Part shown: piece after piece, positions 10,926 to 21,697 of the stretch | How positions within the stretch are numbered: position 1 is the stretch's first letter | How the letters are laid out: each line of letters opens with the position of its first letter | NCBI GenBank assembly: GCA_037447605.1 | Contig: CM074816.1 | Span: 1,262,283 to 1,326,282, forward strand | Source: Zygnema circumcarinatum SAG 698-1b | Taxonomy: Eukaryota; Plantae; Zygnematophyceae | Direction: 5' to 3' | DNA: 64,000 nucleotides | The notes under the pieces: model-generated | Databases searched by the model: none | Told to the model about the DNA's origin: nothing | Seen by the model: only the letters and a program-made list of their open reading frames with translations | Translations under genes and position numbers: made by a program

Positions 10926-12627
10926 CTAGTACACGGTCTTGAACACAACGCAGCGCCGCTTGAAGGGGAACAAATTCTCGTAATCCGGCGGTACATTGTA
11001 CGCCTGATTCCACTCCAAATGTACCACAAAGGTAGAAATAGAGAGAACGATGCAGCGGTCGAGGAAGAAGCTCACTCCCGGAGAGTTCTGATAAGTGCGC
11101 GCCTTAAGCACTGCCTCGTCTCCGCTGAGATAAAATTGGGTCCCTACGGAGCCGTTGTTGGGGGGACAGCCTTTGAAAATTCCTTCCGTGGTTTCGTCCA
11201 CTTCCACTGCCACGTCGGAGCCGGTCTTGGAAGTGCGGAGAGGCGGGCTGAGGGGGTAGTCGGGGGAGGCTCCCTGGACGAGGTGGAAGGAGGGGATGGT
11301 GGTCTCATAGCCCGAGAAGTAGAAGTCACAAATTTCGAGAGGGGTGGAGGGGCACTCTTCGGGGCAGGGTGGAGGAGGGGAGGGAGGGGGAGGCGATGGG
11401 GGAGGAGGGGAGGGTGGAGGAGGGGAAGGTGGAGGAGGGGAGGGAGAGGGAGGGGGAGGAGATGGGGGAGGAGGGGAAGGAGGAGGAGGGGAGGGAGGAG
11501 GGGGGGAGGGAGAGGGAGGGGGAGGCGATGGGGGAGGAGGGGAGGGTGGAGGAGGGGAAGGTGGAGGAGGGGAGGGAGGAGGGGGGGAAGGAGAGGGAGG
11601 GGGAGGCGATGAGGGAGGAGGAGAGGGTGGAGGAGGGGAAGGAGGAGGGGAGGGAGGAGGGGGGGAGGGAGAAGCATATTTGCAGTCTAACTTCTTAAAG
11701 AAGAGATGTTTATCCAATAAAATGCAGCGCCGATCATTGGGGTACTTCTGCTGCTGTGCGTCGTCCCATTCAAGTTGAATCGCTCCGTTGGATGTTGGAA
11801 CGCGGAGGGAAGTGAGAGGGACAAGCAGGCAGGGATCTAGAAGCTTTTTGATCGGCATCTGTTACAATAAAAAAATACGCCTCATATGAGTTGTCCATAA
11901 TGACCTGATTTTGTCTTTGTATTGCCCTTTTAGTTTTATTAGATTTAGCTAAAGAACAACAAATCAGAACCCTAAAAAAACGAAAAAAAAAAAAGAGCGA
12001 TTAAGAAAAAACGTATAGGGAAGGAAAATAATAAGAAAGGGTGATATTTCTTTACTTCTTTCTTGCAGAGAAAAGAAACAATGGCTTCTTTGTCCACTTC
12101 TACAGCGGCGCCAGTGGCGGCATCGGTCACGTCCCATGTAGGCGCATCTCCAAAGCTGTACACGTGTCCTCACATAACTCCGTCAGTAGGCATGCTCAGA
12201 TCTACCCGCTAAAATTCCGCTCTGGTGTATATATTTCTTACTAACCCGAAATAATAATTCAGGTTAGCACCTCAGTAACCCCATTAAAATGTGTGCGCGG
12301 AGGAGAGGGACTAATCGCTTTGTATGCCTCCAATTTCCCACATCTTTGATACATAGAGACCAACATAAAGACACCCTTTTCCTACAGCAGCTTTTCCACG
12401 TGGCTGTTTATTGCTGAGGTGGCATCTAATGTGGCATGTGAGGTGGCATCTGACCTGTTAACGATGGTATTCAGTCGAAAGTCGCAACGTTTAGAAGCCG
12501 CCAAGGTACAGCCGCCCTCAGTGAGCAAAGCGGCGCCACGCAGAGGAACGGAGAGAAGTATCGCCGCCGCCATAGCCGCCACTGCTCCGCCCATCCCTCC
12601 CTTGCTCTGCCGCTTCGTGACCGCCAT
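10926..12627 (-). CDS. Secreted Ser-Pro-rich (extensin/pherophorin-like architecture) glycoprotein, ~401 aa: signal peptide + Cys domain + (SP3-4)n rod + homologous Cys domain
   Basis: Phase-consistent GT-AG model: exons 12627-12455, 12155-12056, 11858-10926. Hydrophobic N-terminus GAVAAMAAAILLSVPLRGAA. About 105 aa of SPPPP/SPSPPPP. TATAAAAG at 12661-12668 (minus). The exon 2 acceptor has a weak pyrimidine tract. Confidence 0.7.
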
Positions 12628-12660
12628 GGCGCGCTGCATGCCTCTGCATGCCAAGGCGGC

Positions 12661-12668
12661 CTTTTATA
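12661..12668 (-). promoter_or_regulatory. Candidate TATA box of the Ser-Pro-rich gene
   Basis: GGATATAAAAGG on the minus strand, ~35 bp upstream of the ATG at 12627. Confidence 0.45.
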
Positions 12669-13160
12669 TCCTCGCCGCGACGGAAACGTTCTGGCGGCAA
12701 CCGACATTTTGGTCGGTGGCGTGGATCATGGGCTGCGTCGCACGCGTTCGGGTTTCAACTTTGGCGAGGGTGGATCGGTAGTTTTACCGAGGATGAGGAG
12801 GTCCTCGGGATCAACAACGTGTACGGACGGCAGTTGGATGTCTGCGGGGAGTACGGACGCATGTGCCAGTTTCAGACAAGTTCAAGGTTTAAGTTTGGCA
12901 GGTCCCAAGGTCGAACCTCGGCTCGGTAAAGGCGTACGTGCCGGCCACGGGCGGGTATGGACAGCAGCGTTGCAGACGTCGCATGAAGTGTTAAGCCTTG
13001 TGTTTCCATGAGTGTTTATTTATTTGTAACGAACGTCGACAGGCTCTTTAGTAGCTACACACTTTATCTTCAATATCCAGGCCTCAAAGAGTGAGGTTTT
13101 TTTTTTTTTGTTCCAGATGCCAACGATTATTCATATTTTAGAATCCAACTCCATGTTTAA

Positions 13161-13573
13161 AATTGATTGTGGAGCCTCCGGAGAGGCTTCCCAAAAATAG
13201 CGTATGCCGCTGTTTGTGCGAGGTACACGGTATTCTTTAGTAAAAGGCGAAAGAATAGTTCGCTATGCGCCTCACACGCGGCTCGTACCTCTTCCACTGA
13301 TCGCGGGCGACTTTAGCCGCGCGGCCTGGGCGCCAGCGCGGACGGAATTGTGGGACATTTCGAGGCGCGCCTGGAGGACCGGACAAAAGGGAAGGGAAGT
13401 TTCGCAGCGATGCGATACGATATGATACGATACGATATTCATATTCCGTGGTATCGCTTCGCTTTCGCTTCGATCAGTGTCGTATTGGTGGAAGCCATGT
13501 GAACAGAGACGGCAGCTTTCAGCTCGACAGTTTTGAGTTCTCCTGTAACCGTGAAACCGAACAGGTTGAGAAA
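13161..13573. repeat. Interspersed repeat copy 2 (uninterrupted, empty-site allele)
   Basis: Direct-orientation match to 8917-9239 plus 10059-10143, with only one GAAGCCATG at the insertion point. Confidence 0.85.
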
Positions 13574-14180
13574 TTGAGAAACGAGTTTAATTAATTTCTC
13601 AATTCTCAATCTTAATATTGAATAGGGTTGAACTTTGAACACTCGAGGTCGAAACTTTTTCGTCTTAAGAAAGCTGAAGTTTTGAAGAATTTGTTTTACC
13701 AACTCCGAACTGGAACATGGAAACGCTTGCAACAGAGAGCGCTCAAAATTCTCCGAGGTTAAAATCGGCATACTGAATTACTAAAATCTTACGATTTCCT
13801 TTTTCCCTTGACGTGGTCTGACCTCGCAGGACAGACCTCCTTTCACTCTAAACCTCTTACAGCCATAAAATCCGTCACTCTGCCACCCCTAAAACCCTAC
13901 AACCCCAAACCCAATTTCCATTTGGCTATGATAGCATAGGTCGCCTATTTGCTGCTTTTGAAGCCAATCTCAAGCCGTGCGAAGCAGCTCTGATTTCTTC
14001 CCTTTTATTCCGAACCAATGCCCGTTTTTGAAGAATATCTCCAAAACTGAACGCCAATTGCAAAGCAAAAAAAAAAGGGGAAGGGGGATGGGAGGGGCAA
14101 AAAAGCGCTAGAGAAAAAACACGGGGGGTGGTTTACAAGAAACTAAACGTAAATCCTAAAGGCCCTAAACCCAAGTACCT

Positions 14181-14294
14181 ACACCCTAGAGGCCCTGAAC
14201 CCTAACCATTACACCCTAGAGGCCCTGAACCTTAACCCCTACACCCTAGAGGCCCTGAACCCTAGCCCCCACACCCTAGAGGCCTTGAACCCTA
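14181..14294. repeat. 30-bp tandem repeat x~3.8, telomere-like (ACACCCTAGAGGCCCTGAACCCTAACC..)
   Basis: Units start at 14181, 14211, 14241 and 14271, just downstream of the MED18 stop codon. Confidence 0.85.
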
Positions 14295-14317
14295 ATTTCC
14301 AAGCCCCTCCCCCCCCC

Positions 14318-17300
14318 CTACTGCCGCGGAGGGCAGACAGCTGTCGCCGCCGTATTGGCCGTCGGAACGACTCCGGTCACTTGGCCCGGCTTCGAGAGTC
14401 GCAAAATTCTGCTCAAATTGGGGCAGGCCCCGGAAAGAAAATAAGAAAAATAATTTAGTTTTTCCGAGTAGGGCAAAATGAGAGAATTCCAAAAGGCTTT
14501 CCTCGTGGTTTCCTGGATGCCATGGGCCATGCCTTGAACATGCATGATGTAAAAGAGCGAAAAAACGAAAACGAAAAATCACGAGGCAATCTTAAATCCC
14601 CAAACCCCTAAAACCCTGAGCCCTAAACCTTCAACCATAAAACCCTAAACCCTGAACCCTGAACCACCCCACACCCTGGACCCTGAACCTTTAACCTTAC
14701 CCCCGAACACCCTCAACCCAAGACCCTACAACCTCCCTCCCTAACCCTAAAACCCTCAACCCTAGACCCTACAACCTCCCTCCCTAACCCTAACACCCTC
14801 AACCCTAGACCCTAACCCTAACACCCTCAACCCTAGACCCTACAACCTCCCTCCCTAACCCTAACACCCTCAACCCTAGACCCTAAAACCTTCATCCCTA
14901 ACCCTAACACCCTCAACCCTAGACCCTAAGACCTCAACCCCTAACCCTAACACCCTCAACCCTAGACCCTAAAACCTCCATCCCTAACCCTAAAACCCTA
15001 AACCCTAAACCCTAAAACTCCATCCGTAACCCTAAATCCCTAAAACCCTAAACCCCTGGGCCCTCCCTCCCTCCCTCCCTCCCTCCCTCCCTCCCTTACG
15101 GGCGCTGAGGTGTTCCCACAGCAGGAGGCTCTCAAGGACGCTGCCAAGCAGAGGTCTCTGGGCGTATACGCCACTGCCGACGATGCAGGTGGCGTGGCGC
15201 GCCAGCGGGGCGCCCCTGGAAAGGAGGACACGCACGCCCGCTTGACGCCGGGAGGGGCGAGGGCCACGTGGCAGCTGAGCAGCGAAGCCCCGAGGAGCTC
15301 GCGGGTCGCAGGCGAGGCCGAAGCGCCGAGAGGGCTTAGGGCTGGGCGCTGGGCAGAGGCCCGGCGGGATCGCAGTAGTGCACACCGCCAAGATGGGATG
15401 TGGGAGGATGCTCCTGAGGAGTGGGGAGGGGGAGGGGGGAGGGAGGGAGGGGGGAGGGGGGAGGGGGGAGAGAGGGGGGAGAGAGGGGGGAGAGAGGGGG
15501 AGAGAGGGGGGAGAGAGGGGGGAGAGAGGGGGAGAGAGGGGGGAGAGAGGGGGGAGAGAGGGGGGAGAGAGGGGGGAGGGGGAGATGAGGGAGATGAGGG
15601 AGATGAGGGAGGTGAGGGAGATGAGGGAGATGAGGGAGATGAGGGAGATGAGGGAGATGAGGGAGAAGAGGGAGAAGAGGGAGATGAGGGAGATATGGGA
15701 GATGAGGGATGACGGAGATGAGGGAGATGTGGGAGAAGAGGGAGAAGAGAGAGAAGAGGGAGAAGAGGGAGATGCGGGAGAAGAGGGAGAAGAGGGAGAT
15801 GAGGGAGAAGAGGGAGATCCGGGAGAAGAGGGAGAAGAGGGAGAAGCGGGATGAGGGAGATGACGGAGATGAGGGAGATGTGGGAGATGAGGGAGATGAG
15901 GGAGATACGGGAGATGAGGGAGATACGGGAGAAGAGGGAGAAGGGGTAGAAGAGGGATGAGGGAGATGAGGGAGAAGGGGGAGATGAGGGAGAAGAGGGA
16001 GATGAGGGAGATACGGGAGATGAGGGAGATACGGGAGAGGGAGAGGGAGAAGAGGGAGATGAGGGAGATGAGGGAGATGAGGGAGAGATGAGGGAGATGA
16101 GGGAGAAGGGGGATGCAGGAGATGAGGGAGAAGAGGGAGATGAGGGAGAAGAGGGAGATACGGGAGAAGAGGGAGAAGAGGGAGAAGCGGGATGAGGGAG
16201 ATGACGGAGATGAGGGAGATGTGGGAGATGAGGGAGATGAGGGAGATACGGGAGAAGAGGGAGAAGGGGTAGAAGAGGGATGAGGGAGATGAGGGAGATG
16301 AGGGAGAAGGGGGAGATGAGGGAGAAGAGGGAGATACGGGAGAAGAGGGAGATACGGGAGATGAGGGAGATACGGGAGATGAGGGAGATACGGGAGACGA
16401 GGGAGAAGAGGGAGAAGAGGGATGAGGGAGATGAGGGAGATGAGGGAGAGATGAGGGAGATGAGGGAGAAGGGGGATGCAGGAGATGAGGGAGAAGAGGG
16501 AGATGCGGGAGACGAGGGAGAAGGGGGAGATGCGGGAGATGCGGGAGAAGAGGGAGAAGAGGGAGATGAGGGAGAAGGGGAGAAGAGGGGGGGAGGGATA
16601 AAGAGAGAAGAGATGGTGAGGGAGGGAAAGTATATAAAGCGGGAAAGTGATGAAGAGACGGGGGGAGTGGCTGCCGTACACATGTGCCTCCATTGAAGAC
16701 GAGTCAAGAGAAGACTGGAGGGTTTGCTGTAGTTACCAGACAGGTGTCGGCTCAGAGAGAGAGCAGAGGAGGCGCACTTCAGAGGGGATGGCTCCTGCAG
16801 CCGGTAGTGCCACGTGGAAGAACGGCAGCCAGTCAGCGTCCAAGTATTCACTGTAACCGTACTGCAGCACACTCTCTATAAATGCGGAAAAAATCACTTT
16901 AAATAAATCGCGGTAAAAGTCTTTGAGTAAATAATGGCGTGAGGAAAAGCATGAATAGCATGTGAAGGTGAGAGCGAGCCAATGGCGTACCGACACCTGG
17001 TGCGCTTTTGAGCACGAGCTCGTGCTCATTCACGGGCAGGAGAGGGGTCCCGCAGAGCCCCTGGAGGAGCTCGCGGAGGGCGTCTACATGCTGCAGTGCA
17101 ACGGAAATCCGTAGAACAAGAAAGAGAATCAATGATTGCATAGGAGGGTGGGAGGGTCAGAGAGGCGAGCGGGAAAGGGAGGAGCGAAAGCGAGAGGGTG
17201 AGGGAGAGAGGAAAAGGCATGGGAGTGGGAGAGTGGATATAGGAGCTGATGGAGGGAGAGGGAGAGGGAGAGGAAAAACTATGAGTGAAAGACACAGCGG

Positions 17301-17596
17301 GGTTCCAATTTGCAGAGCAGAGTCCTACAGAGTCCAAAGTTCAGAGCCCCTAAAGGCAGTCCCGCACCCCTAGGGTTCAGCACACAGGGATTGTTGTAGC
17401 GCAGCTCCAGCCCTAGGTTCAGAGTTGCGGGTTTTAGGGTTTAGAAGCCAAGGAGGCTGGGAGATAGACAGAGAGAGAGAGAGAGAGAGTTAGGGATAAC
17501 GAGTGAGTGCAGAAAGGCGAGATAGAGAGAGAAGGACAGAGAGAGAGAGAGAGAGAGCACCTGCGCCTCCACCACGCCCTGCGCTGCACACTCCAT
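14318..17596 (-). CDS. MED18: Mediator of RNA polymerase II transcription subunit 18; exon 4 is frameshifted as assembled
   Basis: Exons 17596-17561 (MECAAQGVVEAQ), 17090-16997 (HVDALRELLQGLCG...HELVLKSAP), 16794-16737 (GAIPSEVRLLCSLSEPTPVW), ~15413-15100 (motif pieces HLGG, RELL, GFA, WEHL in different frames) and 14408-14318 (ILRLSKPGQVTGVVPTAN...). These match recalled plant MED18 (MECVVQGIIETQHVEALEILLQGLCG; SSEVRLLCDL; HLSKPSISTGVVPTA). All introns are GT-AG, and phases are consistent except across exon 4. Confidence 0.9.
14600..15055. repeat. Degenerate telomere-like (CCCTAAA-derived) array with a ~42-bp higher-order unit, filling MED18 intron 4
   Basis: Repeated AACACCCTCAACCCTAGACCCTACAACCTCCCTCCCTAACCCT units plus AAACCCTAAACCCTAAA. 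Confidence 0.8.
15421..16610. repeat. Purine-rich 9-mer satellite (GAGGGAGAT/GAGGGAGAA/ACGGGAGAT) plus GGGGAGAGAG tract, filling MED18 intron 3
   Basis: About 1 kb of tandem 9-mers from ~15580. This array produces the spurious long ORFs at 15032-16872. Confidence 0.9.
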
Positions 17597-17610
17597 GGTC
17601 TACCCCGTCA

Positions 17611-17686
17611 GCGAACGCCACGTGGCGTTCGCGCTCGCCAGCGCCCTCCTTCCCGCCACGTGGGCCATGCTGGGCCTGCCACGTGC
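17611..17686. promoter_or_regulatory. G-box cluster with a perfect 22-bp palindrome in the MED18/DUS divergent promoter
   Basis: GCGAACGCCACGTGGCGTTCGC at 17611-17632, with further GCCACGTG motifs near 17655 and 17678. The two start codons are only ~430 bp apart. Confidence 0.55.
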
Positions 17687-18029
17687 GCAGGCAGGCAGGC
17701 CGCCCGGGGGGGGGGACGGGGACCGCCTCCATTGCGAAGTGCATCGCAGACGATACTGTATCGACAGCGATAACATATTGAAGTCAATATTATATCGCAA
17801 AAGATATTGTATGCTAGAGACATTGTAGCGTATACGATACTATATCGAGTACAGTATCGTATCTATATCGTCATATATATATCGTATTGACTACGATATT
17901 GGAAATAGCCGTTGGACGAGTCCGGGCTTCCCCCTCCCTCGCTCCCTCTTGTCCCACTTCTCTCCTCTATTTGCCTCTCGCTCTGTCTGCCGGTGCTGCC
18001 TCCGGGGCGGGCGGGCGGGCTACGGCAGC

Positions 18030-21000
18030 ATGCGCTGCGCGTTGCTCCGCCCCGGAGGAGTTAGGGTTAGGGTTGGGGGTGGGATTAGGGTTACGGTTCC
18101 GACTCTCAAGCAGCTTCACATAGCCACCAACAAATTGGGCTCAGCGGCTCCCGTAGGGCTCGTTGTGCACGTGTCCCCCGCAGAGCCGCAGTGCTGCAAG
18201 TCGTTAGTCCCTAAAAGAAGAATAAAACATGTTCCTTCGCGGCTATGGCGGCTGGAATGCTCCTGTTCCACGCAGCTAGGGTTTGCAGGAGCAAGCGGGT
18301 CGGAGAGTGAGAGAGGAGGGAGAGCGGGAGGAAGAGAGGAAGGGAGAGTGGAAGAGATAGAGGGAGGAATAGCGGGAGGGAGAGTGGGAGGGAGAGAGGG
18401 AGGGAGAGGCGAAGGGAGGGAGGCGCTGAGGAGCGCGGTGAACGAAGGGGTCTCTCCGGCAAAGAGCGGTGAATTTCCTGCGCTCAAGTTAGGGAGGCGG
18501 TTGGTGGTGGAGCCGCCCGTGGTTCTGGCCCCCATGGCGGGCATTACCAAGTACGGGAAATTTAGGGTTTTCGCTTATTGTTATTATTTTACATTGTTAT
18601 TTTTAATTGTCTTGGGCGTGGGGTGCTTAGCTGGAGCTGCCGGACACCTGCATTAGTGATTGATGAAGTTATTTATTGGAACCACGTGGAATTGTGAAGT
18701 TATTATACTTGTATATCATTATTTGTCAGTTTTCTTGAATTTCAGCTTCTTGACCCTAAGATCCCTAAAATCTCTCTGTGCCTCTCTACTCTCTCCTCTT
18801 GCTTTGTCGTTCTCTCCTCTTTCTCTCCATTTCTGCTCTCCCTTTCCTTTTCATTCACTCTCTCCCTCCCTCTGTTTCTTTCTTTTCCTCTCTCCCGCTC
18901 CCTCTCTCTCCTCTCTCTCTCCTCTCCCTCCTTTTTTCTTTCCCTCTCTCCTCTCGCTTTCTTTCTCTCTCTCTCACAGTGCCCCCTATCGCCAGCTTTG
19001 TCGGGAGGAAGGAGCGGGGCTTTGTGTCAGCGAAATGATTATCGCTCATCTCTTTGTTAAGGTACGGTTGCAAAACCTAAAATAAAAAAAATCTAAAGAA
19101 GTAAATTGAAGGCTCGATTTTTTTAAACAAATCCAGCAACATTTATCTAAAAAGTTTGAGACAACGTACCCTTAAGTTACCAAACCTTCTAAAAATCGCA
19201 CTTATCTGAGGATCAAACCGACCAACCAACCTGAATTTTATAAGTCCAAAACCTAAGATGAACAATACTTTGGCTATAAGGACCCCACCGACCTATCGCC
19301 CAAATATCTCAAAGGAATTTTTAATGGAAAAGCTTGGTTTTGAGCACTTGTCTAAAACCAAAAAACTTGCTGTCGACAAAGTTTGCTGTTGAAGCCTCCT
19401 TCATCCTTGAGCCTGATTGAAAAAAACCTACATATAAATACAATGATTTATCTTCACTTTTCGCTGTCTTATAGGAAATCTTTCCTCCTCTATTGGACCT
19501 CTATTGGAAGGGTCCCTCAGGGGCACAAGCCGACAAGAAAACTGGCGTCCTTCGCCGACACAGAAAGTCCCCGTTCCGTTCAGCTTTACGGAACAGACCC
19601 ATTCTCTCTGGGAGAGGCCACTCGCCTCCTTGTTGAGGAATTCGGGCAAGTTTATATACTTACCTGTCTCCCACTGTGTGTCTCTCTCCCGCTGCCTTCT
19701 TCACCCACGTCTCTCTCCCTCTCTCTCTCTCTCCTCTGCTTTCCCTCCTCCCTGCTTTCTCCTCGCTCTTCCTTGCTCCGCTTTCTTCCCCACCTGCCTC
19801 ATCCCCTCCTCTCTCCTTCACTCCCTCTCTCTCCCTCCTTCCCTCTTTCTCTCTCCCCCTCGTCCTCCCTTCTCTCCCTTCTCTCGCCACCTCTCTCCAA
19901 CCTGTCTCCTCCCCTCCACTCTCTTTCTCTTTCTCCCCGCTCCCCCACTCTCCCCCTTCTCCTCCTCTCTCTCTCTCTCCCCTAGTTTCGCACTCTCTCT
20001 CCCCCACTCACTCCCCCCCTTAGTCTGTCTGCCCATAGCCTTGCCTTCCTAGCATCATCTTAATCCTTTGTCCTTTCCTTCAAAACCCTAACCCTTCTGC
20101 AGAGTGGACCACATCGACCTCAATTTCGGTTGTCCGGTTCGGAAAATAATTTCAAAAGGTGGTGGAGCTGCGATTCCGGAAAACATTCAACTTTTTTCCG
20201 CTCTCGTGAAAGCATGCACAAATGCCGCTCGAGGACAGGTGGCGTCTTCTGTTTGGCTCCTTCGTCAACCCAAAATTCTTTGCAATCTGGAACAGTCTTT
20301 TGACGATTTCTATGCATACTAGGTCTAATTTCTTCCAATAATCTGAAACTTCAACTTTGTGTCCCTCGGAGAATTTGAACCAAAAATGGGTTTTCTTTTT
20401 TTCAATTGAAATCAGTTGGGGATGTGCGCAGGTTCCGGTGACGGTAAAAATGCGATTAGGGTTGGACTCGAAAAAAATGACGTATTTAGAAGCCGGCCTT
20501 GCAGCCCAAGATGCGGTAAACCCCCCCCCGTTGTTTGTTTTCTTCTTTGTTAAATAGACGTACTTTGTTCTTCCCTCTCTTCAAGAGCAATCCTTGCCTC
20601 AAATTTGTTTCTCTTAAAATTTCTACAAGGATCGGAAGAGAGCTACGGAACCGTTACACGTTTCTCCCTCTTTACTTGCTTATCTCATCCCTTTTGTTTA
20701 GTTAGTCATTTAGTTAGCCGTTTAGTCACTCGTTTAGTTAGTCATTTAGTTGGCGATTTAGTTAGTCATTTAGTTAGTCATTTAGTTAGTCGTTTAGTTA
20801 GGTATTGAGTCACTCCTCTGCTGTTTGTTTGTTTCCTATTCAGGGCGCCGCGTGGGTGGCGTTACATGCGCGAACTGCGGAACAGCTCTACGCGCCACCT
20901 GTCACATGGAACGCCGTTGCTGAGCTGGCAGGCCGCCTCTCCGTTCCCGTCCTCGGGAACGGAGATGTGGGTTCCGTCCCTCCCTTCCCCATTCTTTAAT

Positions 21001-21652
21001 TTCATTGTAATTTTCTTTTATGGGCTTTTTTCCTTAAATGTCTTCTAAAGTTAATCTCCCCCCCCCCCCTCTCCCCCTCCCTCTCCCCCCTTCGCTTCCA
21101 CCCGTTTCCCCACTTCAAACATTTCTCAATCGTACTGGGGATTTTTGTTTTGGGGCTCTCTCCGCTTTTTTCACTTCCCCCTTTCTTTGTTTTGGGTGGG
21201 ATTTTGCTATATTCTGTTTAGTCTACTTGCATCGTAATCGGAAAGTTTCGTCTGCCCCAAATGTCTATCTGTAGGCAATTTATGAATGAGTTTGGTGCGG
21301 TCCATGTGGAATTTCTGTTCGCTTTCTTTCCCGTACTACTGAGACAATTTCTGCCCGAACCCGCTGAATTCTGCTTCGATTATTGAGATATTGAGGGGCT
21401 CAGAAGTAAGCCTGACCGGCCCATTTAATGAAAGAAAGCATATTGTATTGCGAATTCTGGAAAGAAACGAGTGTTTCATTCGAACTCTAGAGGTGAAATT
21501 CCGAACAAAGTTATCCTAAATCTTAACCCTCCACTCGAAATCCGCCATTGCAGGTTTTCGAGTGTTGGGATGCCCTCCGTCTGATGAGGGAGACGGGAGC
21601 AGCGGGCGTTGTGATTGGACGAGGCTGTCTCGGCAGGTTTCTCCTTTCCCCC

Positions 21653-21697
<45 letters not shown>

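Noticed and set aside
12170-12230. In-frame stops upstream of HVYSFGDAP suggesting the Ser-Pro-rich gene is a pseudogene
   Set aside because: A CAG acceptor at 12156-12158 gives a phase-compatible exon that excludes the stops. Still unconfirmed without RNA data.
12648-13011. Plus-strand ORFs 12648-12929 and 12709-13011
   Set aside because: No recognisable motif or splice partners; they overlap the promoter of the minus-strand gene.
14600-15055. True chromosome end
   Set aside because: The repeats are degenerate, internal and lie within a MED18 intron, so they are interstitial.
15032-16872. 553-aa and 610-aa minus-strand ORFs and their antisense partners
   Set aside because: They are stop-free readings of the 9-mer satellite in MED18 intron 3.
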